This document shows positions 23,607 through 37,000 of a stretch of 38,914 nucleotides of DNA, in pieces. The notes beneath the pieces are model-generated. The model was not told the origin of the DNA, ran no database searches, and saw nothing but the letters and a program-made list of their open reading frames with translations. Position numbers and translations under genes: made by a program. Source of the stretch: Octopus bimaculoides (lineage: Eukaryota); NCBI RefSeq assembly GCF_001194135.2, contig NC_068987.1, positions 102,413,623-102,452,536 on the forward strand, written 5' to 3'. How positions within the stretch are numbered: position 1 is the stretch's first letter; every line of letters starts with the position of its first letter.

Positions 23607-26322
23607 NNNNNNNNNNNNNNNNNNNNNNNNNNNNNNNNNNNNNNNNNNNNNNNNNNNNNNNNNNNNNNNNNNNNNNNNNNNNNNNNNNNNNNNNNNNNNN
23701 NNNNNNNNNNNNNNNNNNNNNNNNNNNNNNNNNNNNNNNNNNNNNNNNNNNNNNNNNNNNNNNNNNNNNNNNNNNNNNNNNNNNNNNNNNNNNNNNNNNN
23801 NNNNNNNNNNNNNNNNNNNNNNNNNNNNNNNNNNNNNNNNNNNNNNNNNNNNNNNNNNTGTATGTATGTATGTATGTATATAGATATATCAAAGAAAGAA
23901 ATGCAAGAAATTAGATAAATGTTTCTTTTACAGAGTTCTTGCAATTGCTTTTAAAAAGTAAAGGAGACTTATATATATATATATATATATATACATTATG
24001 TGATGTAGAGAAATAACATACTTATTGAAGAAATTAATATGTTAGAAGGTTAGTTATTTCCAAGATACCTTTCATTTCAGAGATTCTCCAATATAATGCT
24101 GGCTAAGAATGAACACATGCTGTTAAACCTTAATTGATAAATGTGATTGAATCTCTGAGAAAGTTTCTCGTTTTGCGATACACTGCTTTAATGGTAATTG
24201 TGCTGATGCGTTCGATTCTCAGTCTACCCTTGCTCTGTGCTTTTTACACGTTAATTAACATTCTACATTAGATTCCGATTTCACATACATTCTTTTGGGA
24301 GCAACCTAATGCATTAAGAAGTCTAGACGTATATAGATGTATATAAGTATATATACATATATGTATATATGTATACATATATATGTGTCTGTGTGTGTTT
24401 ATGTGTGTGTATGTGTATGTATTATGTATGTATGCATGTAAAGAAATGTACGTAATTTTATACACTAACACTCAAAACATACACACAGCAGAAACACACC
24501 TGTATACATATATGAATATAAATGAATATATNNNNNNNNNNNNNNNNNNNNNNNNNNNNNNNNNNNNNNNNNNNNNNNNNNNNNNNNNNNNNNNNNNNNN
24601 NNNNTATATATATATATATTATATATCCAAACAAGGAGATTTCTTCTTAGAATTAAGAAAATCACAAATACATTAGATCCGTTACATAGACATGCATTAG
24701 AGGTAACACAATAAAAGAACATAATTGACAGAGTGATCGCATTGTGAATGCACACTCTGCAATGTTTAAGGATCTCTGTATGATGTTGTATAGCAACCAC
24801 AGGATGGGTGATGCTTTTCCAGTATGCTTTTATTAATATTCTATCTGAACGTAATACAAACAGATGGAATACCTGTATGCAAACAGCAAAGTGAAAATAA
24901 TGCCGTTACAGTTCCTGTTTGTTACAGCAGATTCCTGTTATTCTTAAAGTGTTTTGTTGCCAAACCTTGCTATGTTAAACTTCTGCTGAAGTCAAAGGCA
25001 TGTGTCTCCTCTTTATCAGTATTTATCTCCTGTCCAACTTATATTTTTCATTAGATCTGTATCCTTACTCGATATATGATGTTAAATTCCTATTGCATAC
25101 AACAGCAGAGTGCTCCAATATTTCAATTGTAAATTGTGTTCTTGCTCGGGATTTTCATTTGATCCATAATCCTAACGTGGTAAATGCTCAGTTAAACCTC
25201 AATTGATGACAAGGAAATAATGCAACAGTATATCAAGAGCTACCTCTATTATATTGCTCAAATTTTTCATTAGGTCCATAATTTTGGCTAGGTAAGTGAA
25301 TGATCTTTTCAAATCATATGTAGAGGGAAATGCATAATAAATTCCGATAATAGTGTCCTGTTTTAAGAGGCGGGTATCTTATCAGTCAGTCAGAGAAACA
25401 TGTTACAAATATATAGTTAGGATAATTTTGTAAGCCAGAATATCATTTCTTTACTATAGAACCTAATCCAGGAGAAAGCAAAGTTAAAATTTTCGTGTAT
25501 CTCTACTTCTGAAACGAAGAAGGTGGAGTAATTCTGTACTCACAGCAACTAAAATAACAAGACGGAGAATTCTTCTCAGCCAAACAGGTAAAAGATGTGA
25601 CATTTGATTCACCCTCAAAAGTGAAGATTCATCCAAATACAGACTGAATTTGCAAAACTTACCTACGATTAAACATTTGTTACCTATAACGTTGGTCAAT
25701 GAAAACCAACCTGGACAAATAAGAGATATGGGCGATGACGTACATCAAGGGTAAGTCTTCAAATTTGTACAGGCGAATGGTTAGAGCAAGGTATAGAGAA
25801 GGTTTCCTATGGTCAGAGAACATCAAGTTGGCTTTACAATTCTGTTTCCCAAAGGTGCAAACGTTTAACAATAGCAGTCAGAAGACATTCTAAATATATG
25901 TTGTAGTACAAAAAAAAAAAGAGTTGATAGCTCTAAAAGAATCTAGAATGACTAAACGAACGAAACCCACCACCCAACTTTTTGCCTACTAAGAGCACCA
26001 ACCTTCAGAACCACACCATCATAGTTCGAGAAGTGATTAATAATAGCTGCAGATGAAAAATCTACGAACAATTGTAGAAAACTTAAAACTAGAAAATAAA
26101 TGAAGCGATCTCAAAAGAAAACAAAAAAAACAAAACTCATCATAAAATATCGAACGCCTTTTTCAAAACAATAATAACATGCGATAGTACTTCATGAAGT
26201 GTACGCATTACAGCAAGAATCTAAACAATAGTGTATCCATACATTTTTATAACGTTCTAGCAGGTTCGAACGTGAAAGTCAGATCACTGCATTTCTTAAG
26301 GACAATCACACACACCACACAC

Positions 26323-26353
<31 letters not shown>

Positions 26354-26646
26354 ACAACAACAACAACAACTAAAGTAGCAAGTTCCAGAATCTCTGTAAG
26401 GGGTATAAGTAGTGATGATACTGAAAACTAATGTTAGTTGCTACTCCAGCGTGGCTCTTCCATACAAAACTGAGTTACTATATTTTAACCCCAGGAAAAT
26501 AGCTTTCCAACTGGTTCACGTCATACAAACCTGTGTCTGATATATTGCATGTAAGGGAGCAAAGCACTCCCCTCCTGCGTGACAAGACCAGTAGACAAGA
26601 ACTAGTTTCAGTGTTTTAACCTTCCTCCGTACTGGACACTTGCCTG

Positions 26647-26711
<65 letters not shown>

Positions 26712-26770
26712 TAGATGTATAGATATATATGTGTATGTGTATGTGTGTGTATGTGTATATGTATGTTTTT

Positions 26771-26934
26771 GTGTCTGTGTTTTCCCCACCAACACCTGAC
26801 AACCGATGTCCGTGTGTTTACGTCCCCATAACCTAGCCGTTCGCCAAAAGAGAGCAATGAAATAAGTACTCGGCTTACGAAGAATAATTCCTATAGTGGA
26901 TTCGTCCGACTAGGGGCGGTGCTCCAGCATGGCC
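26771..26934 (+). mobile_element. Family B copy (left arm of fold-back)
   Basis: Similarity to 21300-21488 and 30271-30465. Confidence 0.75.
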
Positions 26935-27105
26935 TCGGATATGTAATTGTTAAAGCGGACAACAAACGTTAAGGCAAGGCAAAATTCTCAAGTCATATGC
27001 ATTATTATTATTGGAAAAAAATCAGTCTTACAGCTGTTTCTGGTGTGTCCCAGAGGTTTGCCTTTCCTTACCGTTTGTTGTCCTATTTAGCAATTATATA
27101 TCTGT

Positions 27106-27203
27106 GGCCATGCTGGAGCCCCTCCGCTAGTCGAACGAATACACCCTAGGAAATATTCTTCGTAAGCCTAGTACTTATTCCATTCCTCTTTGCCGAACGG
27201 CTA
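27106..27203 (-). mobile_element. Family B partial copy (right arm of fold-back)
   Basis: Reverse complement of 26834-26934. Confidence 0.75.
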
Positions 27204-27852
27204 TAACCTAATAATCCGTTACAGCACTTACATATCGTACCTAATCATTAAGATCACCTGTGAATTAACCCCCCATACTTTGAATGTATATATAATAATA
27301 TGCGTATTACATAGAATTGAATGTTGATGTTTTTTTATGACTCCAGCAAAACATTCATGATCTTAGGGCACGGAATCAACATGTCAGTTTTCAATCGTTT
27401 GACCGTCGTTCAAGGCGTCACAGTCCCACATACCTTAATGAAAAGCTTGTATTATATCATGCCTCTTTAAACTTTTAGCTATCAGGCATGGGTATGTATT
27501 AGAGATATTTGTCTTCTATTTCTAGCACATCAATCAATAAAACAAAGACTTATGTATACGCAACGAATTTGACATGTCTGTGACAATACCAAAAATGGAC
27601 ATCATAAAAGACCCTATTGATTTTGTAGTAGTATTAGTAGAGGGTTTAGCAGTAGAAGTAATCAGCAGCAACAGTTGCAGTAGTTGTAGTAGTAGTAGTA
27701 GTAGAAGTAGTAGTGGTGGTTTTGGTGGTGGAGAAGGTGGTGGTTATGGTGGAGGTGGTGATGGCGGTAATGATGGTGGTCGGTAGTGCCACATGATAAT
27801 ATAATTTGTGATGATATTCATCAAAGACTGTAAATAATATTACGTACTTAGA

Positions 27853-28269
27853 AGTAGTGAGCTGACGAGAAATGCTTAGCGGTATTTCGTCTGCCGTTAC
27901 GTGCTGAGTTCAAATTTCGCAGAGGTCGACTTTGCTTTTCATCCTTTCGGGGTCGATGAATTAAGTACCAGTTACGCACTGGGGTCGATGTAATCGACTT
28001 AATCCCGTTGTCTTTCCTTTTCTGTCCCCTCTATGCTTAGCCCTTTGTGGGGAATAAAGAAATAAGAAACGTTAGCATGCCGAGCGAAACGCTTAGCGGT
28101 AGTTCGTCTGTCTTTACGTTCTGAGTTCAAATTCCGCCGAGGTCCATTTCACCTTTCATCTTTTCGGGGTCGATAAAATAAGTACCAGTTGAGTACTGGG
28201 TTCGATCTAATCGACTGCACCCCCCCCCAAAAAAAAAACATTACGGGCCTTGTGCCTAGAGTAGAAAAG
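27853..28269 (+). mobile_element. Dimeric family A SINE bounded by a 17-bp target-site duplication
   Basis: Two A-type monomers in tandem; aatattacgtacttaga at 27836-27852 and 28270-28286. Confidence 0.85.
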
Positions 28270-29318
28270 AATATTACGTACTTAGACAATATTGAATGTA
28301 GTATACATCACCTAAACATGATTGCATTCCTTTGTTTTGTGAAGTCGTCATTTTTATAGAAACACAGATTCACACATTCATATGCATACGCTCACTCACA
28401 CAAACACACACACACACATACACACACAAACACACACACACATACACACACACACATACACACACACCCATTTACATGTATATAAAAAAAATATATGAAT
28501 TATCTTAAAAGCACATATATGTACATATATGAGTGATCTAGTACCTAGTTTCTATCTAGATATCATATTCTACCGATATTTTCAAACACTCTTATTCTCA
28601 CTCCCTCACTCTCTATCTATCTATTTTCTTTTCCTTATCTCTGTCTCTCTCTGTATGTCTTGTCCTCTGTCTCTCTCATTCTCTCCTTTCGTATACGCAC
28701 GCACACACACACACACACACACAGACATATTTTTGTATGCATATATGTATATATAACATAATATAGTAACTAAACCTCTATGCGAGTGTGAGTATATGTG
28801 CCTTTTAGACAAAAGAGCTACACATACACGCTCTTATATAAAGTTACATTGTAATTTTAAAAAATACCCTTTATTCTTTTTGTGTCTAATCGAATATGTA
28901 TATCGTTATACACATACATTCATACATACATACATACATACATATGCTTGCGTATGTGTGTCTGTTTGTATACATATATATATATACATGTATTTAATCG
29001 TATGTATATACATATGCACGTATAACAAAAAATGTAAAAAGCAATAATGCTAAGCAATAAAATATTGTTAACATGAATATTTTTATTATTATTATTATTA
29101 TCATTACTATTTTATTGTTGTAATATACTTGTCAGAGTGACATACAAGAAAAATGAAATCTTTTACTTCATGGCTTGAAATACTTAAAAACGAATAACCA
29201 ATGCACACACACACACACACACGCACACACACACACATCACACACACACACACATACACACACACATCACACACACACACACACATACACACACACATGC
29301 ACACGNNNNNNNNNNNNN

Positions 29319-29384
<66 letters not shown>

Positions 29385-30034
29385 ACATACACACATATAT
29401 AATGCAAATAATAAACGTACGATCACATCAGAAATAATCTCTTCTCTTATTTTTGCTTCAATTACTCGCTGTATTTACTATACTATTCCATATCAGTTCT
29501 TGGACGTCTACTCTTGTAGATTTGCTGAACTTTTCAACCCAATTAGTTCAGCTATATCTCGTAGTCCATCTGAGGCATTTAGAAATCAATTTTGTCTAAA
29601 ATATACGCTCACTTTATTACTCGACGTTTTGAGTTCAAATCTGGTGTGATGTAATTTTTTTTTTTTCATTTGTGTATTATTTTACAGTTTTGCTCTTGTA
29701 ATTTTTTATACATATTTTTTTTTTAAATTTTTCTTTTTCTAATCCTGTTGCTATTTAAATATTGTCTGTATATATGCGTATGACTGAAATGTGCGTATCG
29801 TGTGCAAATGAATCTTATACATTCCCTCATTTCCCTACCATTTTGTATCCATTTTTCCCAGTTTCTCTTCACTGTTTCTCTCCTACTCCGAAGCACATAT
29901 GCAAATAACATTACACACACACACACAAACACACACACATGCAGAGAAGCACACACAATCACCACACGCACACACACACGCATATAGATGTATATATATA
30001 TTTGCCATGATACATCGCTAACCACTACAGACAT

Positions 30035-30192
30035 TTTTCTTCTCTCCTTGTTCCTTTCTGTGTTCCTTTCAGTGGAAGAGCGTAGGCTCGAAACGTTAAA
30101 GACTTTTTTCAATTCAAAGCGTTACACTAATACAACTATTTGTTTTCTACACCACCTATCTTCGTCTGTTGTTCTTTGGTGAATTCTCCCTA
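30035..30192 (+). repeat. Probable Penelope-type 3'-terminal repeat fragment
   Basis: gaagagcgtaggctcgaaacg resembles the gaaga..g....cgaaacg motif at PLE 3' ends. Family assignment is inference. Confidence 0.4.
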
Positions 30193-30270
30193 TATATATA
30201 TANNNNNNNNNNNNNNNNNNNNNNNNNNNNNNNNNNNNNNNNNNNNNNNACGTGCGTGTGTATATTTTCC

Positions 30271-30465
30271 TGTGTGTCTTTGTCCTCCAACATCGCTTGA
30301 CAACCGATGCTGGTGTGTTTACCTCCCCGTAACTTCGCGGTTCGACAAAAGAAACCGATAGAATAAGTACTAGGCTTACAAAGAATAAGTCCTGGGGTCG
30401 ATTTGCTCGACTAAAGGCGGTGCTCCATCATGGCCACAGTCAAATGACTGAAACAAGTAAAAGAG
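30271..30465 (+). mobile_element. Family B copy
   Basis: Closely matches the other copies. Confidence 0.8.
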
Positions 30466-31205
30466 TAGAAGAATTTATATATATGTACAAGCTTCGGAAC
30501 TCATCTCAAGATTGCATAAAATATTAAATTTAAAGTTCGCATAACATACTATCTAAGTAGCAAAATACGATCAACGAAAATACACACCCATACATGTACA
30601 CACACAAACACACACACACATACACACATACACACACGCGCGCGCACTCAAAGCATATATATATATATATATATGCATGGAAGAATCTAGGCGTTTGTGT
30701 GTTTGTGTCTTCACGCATGTCTACTCCTCACAAAGTCGTATCAGTATATATGTATTTACGTGCGTGTGTGTATGTTTTTATGAATATATATGTATACATT
30801 ACAGAACATCATACAATTTCAATAACTTACCCTTTGTTACGTGTATGCAGGTGAATACAACAAAATGACAAAGATTTAACCGCGCTTATATATTCATACA
30901 CATACAATTACACACACACACATACAAAGCCTTGGAGAAATTCACACTTGCAGAAGCATGCAATTATATATGACGTATTGTTATTAGATGGTGTCCAATG
31001 TTTAACCAGCATTAATGACAACTATAGTCATATCACAATCAGCATCGCCAAACGACTGACATCAAAGATCACTTTGTTATTTTCATTACAAGAGCAACTT
31101 AACGTCAGACGGACAGCAGTCAATCAATCAGGCAACAGAATCGGTGTTGCTGTTACTGTTGTTGTTGTTGCTATTATTATCATTATTAGTATTAATATTA
31201 GTATG

Positions 31206-31355
31206 AAGGCGTCAAACTGGCAGATTTGTTAGCACGCCGGGGGAAATGCTTGGGGGTATTTCGTCCGTCTTTACATCCTGAGTTCAATTTCTCCCGAAGT
31301 TGACTTAGTGTTTAATACTTTCTGGGTTGATAAAATAAGTACGAGTCGAGTACCG
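31206..31355 (+). mobile_element. Degenerate family A SINE
   Basis: aaggcgtcaaactggcaga...ttagcacgccgg...gagttcaattt. Confidence 0.65.
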
Positions 31356-31901
31356 CCTTGTTTCAAATTCGAAATCATCATTATCAGTGAGTGAGAGAGC
31401 AATGCGTGCCATCAAACTGAAACGAAGGGTACAAATATAAGAGGCCCAATATATTCATCATGACTACCCGTCTGAGAAGAGTACATCAGACACATGATTT
31501 ATTATCATTATTACTTTTATTATTTTCATCATCCTTATTGTATGCAATTCTATTGTTTTCTTCCTATTATATAACTTTGTTGAATAAGTTTCACACACTC
31601 CATCACCAGTATGACGTTTTTTTTGTTTTTTAATGACAATGGTAGTGAATGGATATTAGTAATACAAACTTTAATTTTAGAACAAATTTGACATGTTAAA
31701 GCAGTGAAACTAAAAAAATATTTATTAATTAAAAGAAATATTTCTTGGAAGAATAGAATACAGGTTACTAGTCTATGTGTTTCTTTAAAGTATTTAATAG
31801 TGTTCTCCAACAAAGATTTGTCTATAATCAGCTTTAAAGATTATAGCGGATGATTAAATGAAACTTGTCTGCAGCTGGATAAATGCGTGTGAGTGTGTAT
31901 T

Positions 31902-31973
<72 letters not shown>

Positions 31974-32504
31974 TACGCAACATATGGTATAATTATAAAC
32001 AGTGTAAATTTTAGCCATTTCTCCGCAGACTGAAAAAAAATGGTTAACAACCTTAAATGATGTTCAAACTTTGAGTAATTATCAGAGGCGTCCACATGAT
32101 TATGACTATATTCAATTAAGCGGGCAGCCAAGCTGCTTATATACTCAGCATATGGTACAGTTACTATATGAAGGAATCCCTAATTTGCATACCGAAAGTG
32201 TTTAACACTCCATAAATACCACCGGCTTGTGAGCGGCGATCTTAGACAACACTATATCAAGGTATGATATAATAAATATGTAACGTATGGTATAAGTATA
32301 AACAGAGCAAATGTTAGCCATTTCTCCGCAGACTGAAGAAAATGAACAACCTTCATCGGTGTTCGAACCTTATTGCATTCCCATCAGATGCGTCCACATC
32401 ACACACATACACGCATACACACACACACACACATATATATATGTGCATATATGTAGTCCCTCTCTCACTCTCTGGGAGAAAGGCACAAGCACATACACAG
32501 ACAT

Positions 32505-32620
32505 ATACACACACGGCAGTACCTTCCGCCTACCAAATTCAATCACAAAGCTTCGGTCGGCTCGGGGCTATAGCACAAGACCCAAAGTACCACGCGGTGG
32601 GACTGAACCCGAAGCCATTT
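32505..32620 (-). mobile_element. SINE family C fragment (tRNA-like head on minus)
   Basis: ggctatag...ccacgcggtgggactgaacccg matches 33181-33290. Confidence 0.55.
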
Positions 32621-32642
32621 CTATGTATATATATCTTTTTTA

Positions 32643-32850
32643 TTCTTTTACTTCTTTCAGTCATTTAAGTGTGGTCATACTGGAGCACCGCCTTTAGTCG
32701 AGCAAATCGACCGCAGGACTTATCCTTTGTAAGCCTAGTACTTCTTCTATCGGTCTCTTTTGCCGAACCGCTAGGGTTACGGGGTCGTAAACACGCCAGC
32801 ATCGGTTGTCAAGCGGGGACAAACAGAGATGACAAACAGAGAGACACAAA
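32643..32850 (-). mobile_element. Family B copy
   Basis: Reverse complement aligns with 30271-30465. Confidence 0.8.
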
Positions 32851-32865
32851 CATATACATATAATC

Positions 32866-32913
<48 letters not shown>

Positions 32914-33180
32914 NNNNNNNNNNNNNNNNNNNNNNNNNNNNNNNNNNNNNNNNNNNNNNNNNNNNNNNNNNNNNNNNNNNNNNNNNNNNNNNNNNNNNNN
33001 NNNNNNNNNNNNNNNNNNNNNNNNNNNNNNNNNNNNNNNNNNNNNNNNNNNNNNNNNNNNNNNNNNNNNNNNNNNNNNNNNNNNNNNNNNNNNNNNNNNN
33101 NNNNNNNNNNNNNNNNNNNNNNNNNNNNNNNNNNNNNNNNNNNNNNNNNNNNNNNNNNNNNNNNNNNNNNNNNNNNNNNN

Positions 33181-33290
33181 CAGCCCAAGGCTATAGTAGA
33201 AGACACTTGCTCAAGGTGCCACGCAGTGGAACTGAACCCGGAACCATGTGGTTCGTAAACAATCTACTTACCACACAACCACTCCTAAGT
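33181..33290 (-). mobile_element. SINE family C 5' part
   Basis: Reverse complement has a B-box-like gggttcagttcc followed by caccttgagcaagtgtctt. Confidence 0.6.
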
Positions 33291-33310
33291 ATATATGTAT
33301 GTATATGTGC

Positions 33311-33448
33311 CATCACTTGACAACAGATGTTGGTGTGTTTCTGACCCGTAACCTAGCGGTTCGGCAAAAGAGACAGATAGAATAAGTGCTAGGCTTACAA
33401 AGAATAACTCCAGGAGTCGATTTCTAAAAGGCGTTGTTCCAGCACGGC
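33311..33448 (+). mobile_element. Family B copy
   Basis: cttgacaacagatgttggtgtg...ctagcggttcggcaaaagagac. Confidence 0.7.
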
Positions 33449-34012
33449 TTGCTACTTCTTCTGTTTCTATCATTAAACCGAACTAAACTTATATCGACAA
33501 TTTCAATGTTACATACACATGATGTTAGCTGTAATCATGGTAGTATCATGGTTCGGCTATAACGATTAACAAACGCTACCGCTCTATCTAATATAAATTT
33601 ATTTTCCCCCACGATTAAAAAGGGAGATGCCATACACGATAATTATTCAACATCGGTAATTAAAGCCCTGAATTCCGTTTCATGTACATACGTACACGCG
33701 CGCACGCACACACATAACCGCACGCGCACGCACACATACGAACATAAACATACACACATACACACAGACAACCACAGAAGCAAACACTTACACGCGTACA
33801 CACTCACATGATATTGGGAAGCCGTATGAATCTTCACTGACGGCCAATTACTGTTGTAGCACTATGAGTCAACTGTTCCATATCCACACATCTATCATGA
33901 CCAGACACAACTTCAAAGAACATGCATACACACACACACCCTTTAAATATTTCTGCATTGGTATAAACATATATAAACATGTGTATATATACATATACAT
34001 ACACACACACAC

Positions 34013-34059
<47 letters not shown>

Positions 34060-37000
34060 CATATATAATAAACATATAAACATGTATATATATATGTATG
34101 TACACACATATATCCATGCATGTATGCATACATACATACACACATACATTCATACTTACATCGTTGCATACATACATACATACATACATACATACATACA
34201 TACATACATACATACATAAATGCATACATACATAAATGCATACATACAAACATAGATGCACGCACAGACATTTCACTTATAAATTGCATATTACGTTACT
34301 GAAATTCTCCTATAAACATTCTCGTACAAACACACATGTATATGCAAAAATGCCTCCGCACACGTACATGACAAACGAGCGGACACACTGTTATATCCAA
34401 TACTAACATAAAGAAGTGATAAAACCGACAGAAATTCTTGCATTTGTTCATTTTCTTTGGTTATTTAACATTTCACACCATTCCTCTTTTCGATTTCCCC
34501 TATCAAGCACGACGACAGGTTATTAAATCGTATATATTATGAATATACTTCTGTTAATCTTTATAAGTCCATGCGTTCTACCGAATTCCATAGATTCCTA
34601 AGTCGAGCTATGGTTGAGAATGTATGTTGGGCAATTTGTTTCTATTGAAGCCAACAACTGCAAGATGAACACCAATCTCAGTCTCAACGCCGTTATATGT
34701 TTCATTTTGTAGAATGATTTATCGATTGATGGCGCATATATCTATGATTTCTGAATGGCAATAACGAAAACATGTCATCAATTTAATGGCTGCAATCTCT
34801 GTTTATCTCTGTTTAGCTCTACGTTTTTCTTTTTCTTGTTTTTGTTTTGTTCCACATTCTTTGATCTTGACTTCTATTTCATTGCATTAGGCCGTTTTTA
34901 TGTTTTTTGTTTTGTTTTCTTATATATTCATTATTATTGTTATTACTTCTTATGAATCCGAAATGTAAGTGTTATGCTTTTCCCTATCTCTTAATTGTGT
35001 TTTGCAATTGAAAATAGAACAAAAAAAAAAGCAGCTTTTTCCTGAATAAACAAAAAGAGAAACAAATGTCATAAAAAGAACAATATTTTTTTGTAATGGC
35101 GAATGTTTTGTTACTAGGGATTCCTTCGATTATAAGTATTTCTGGTGTTAGAAAGAAAAAAGGATATGAAAAGCATTCCTCGTTGTTGCAGCAACAGTTG
35201 AGAATCACTGCACAAGTCTTGAACTTGTTGAGCCAAATGTTGTCATCAAGCAACTTGAACTAGCACCGCCAAGTTTTACTGAAATCATTCCCTGTCTCCT
35301 TTATATATAATATAGTTATCCAAAGTTCATGACAGGAATACTTTGATCATATTTCCATTTTTTATTTTTTATTTTTTTTTTTTTGATTAAGTCTGACCCG
35401 GGGCTAAATGACAGCTGCAACCACTTCAATTGTTGATTGCAGAATGCTGACATACTTTTCACTGCTGCAATACTTTTCCCCGTATATATTGAGTCCCAGA
35501 AATTTCTCCTCGGCAACTTTTCAAAGGAAATAAGTATATAGTCGGTCGTATCGATTTTAGCGTTAATACTTATCATATTGATGTTATAGCCATGGCCATA
35601 TTTTTACCGTTAGCATCTAACCAACGAAGAAGTGGCAGCTGTCCCTTTGAACTGCTTCGAAAAGCTACATCTTTCTCGAACCCAAAATTGTATCTCAAAT
35701 GTAGGAAGGAATTATGGTTAACGTAATTTTTATTACATCATGTTTGAATTAAATGAACTGAAGGGTTATTATTGGAAATGTTTTAATCATACGCCCAAAC
35801 AAATGACCATAAAGTATATCAAGTTCTGAAACGGTGCTAGACGAATTCGAGTAAAGCTTCACATAATAATTTTTAGCCACTTAGAGATTACAACGTGGTT
35901 GTGAAGTTGTGAAATATATAACCATCACATTAGGATACCTAGATACCGTTTCACATCAAAGTCACAGTTGCTTACTATTGTCGTCTTTGTTCAAGTTCTG
36001 TTCAAAATAGAAGCACTAGTTATAAGCAAACAGTTTATGAGATGTAGGGTTCATTGTTGCTAATCATGAGTATTTTAGCAATCTCGCATACTCAAATAAC
36101 AATCGGTTCGCAAGAGGAATTCCATTCATTGCTTCCCTAAACGACTGGTGTATGCTATAATCTTGATAAATTCAGCAAAGTAACATCGTGAGGAGTGAGT
36201 CTTGAAACATCAAGCTAGGTTCTTCATGCAAAACATGAAAATGTTGAGTATGTTAAAAATACGTGAATGAAATTGCCGTAAAAATAAAATAGAGTATCAT
36301 CAAACGAGTTGTAGGTGGCAGAGTTTCGTTGGTATTTAATATGTGGCTTCCCGCTTGTATCCATCAATATCTTACAAGTGAGGGTAAATGTATTCTGACA
36401 AGTTATTAAAAAGACAATGAAACAGTTTCATTTTACCTTGGTTGCAATCTGTTGACGGATCCACGTCGATTTACTTTTACAACCGTATTAATTATATGTA
36501 GACCTATCTCTGTATTTATTTATTACTCAAATTCTACGCAGTCAAAGTTTTCGAGTAAACACTGATAAAACTTCATCAAAAATGTGAAGAGAAAAAGTGA
36601 ATGAAGACGAGTATTTTAAATGCAGACCAAATAAAAAACTAGTAAGGTACGAAATAGCGAACTAATATTTTACACTAGGCCGAAAGTTACTATAAACTAC
36701 TACATGCGTAAACATGTTGATAAACCAGACTAGATATTTGTACGTGTATATATAGATATCCTTATATATTGTGTTTACAAGCCCCATATTGTCATGTACA
36801 CCAAATACTGGGTATATCAGTAAGCTAAAAAGAAAATCATAAGAGACGGCAGCACAAGTGGAAGCTCCCGAAATAGTAAGAAAACAGAAGTGAGTATCAA
36901 AACATAGAGAGGTGGTGCCTATTGAGAATGGTATGAAGAAGAAAGACAACTATACGGAATCAAGTATGCGTACACATAGGTAACAGCAATGTAAGAGTAA

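Noticed and set aside
30948-31232. 94-aa + ORF
   Set aside because: TTG start; ends in low-complexity and SINE sequence; no motif.
7-34302. Many ORFs with poly-S, L, I, M, N, HT, CV or YI runs, or spanning X-runs
   Set aside because: They are translations of microsatellites or N-gaps, with no splice or domain support.
35316-35700. Minus ORF and an ankyrin-like phrase GQLPLLRWLDANG
   Set aside because: The pieces are in different frames, acceptors are poor and there is only one short match.
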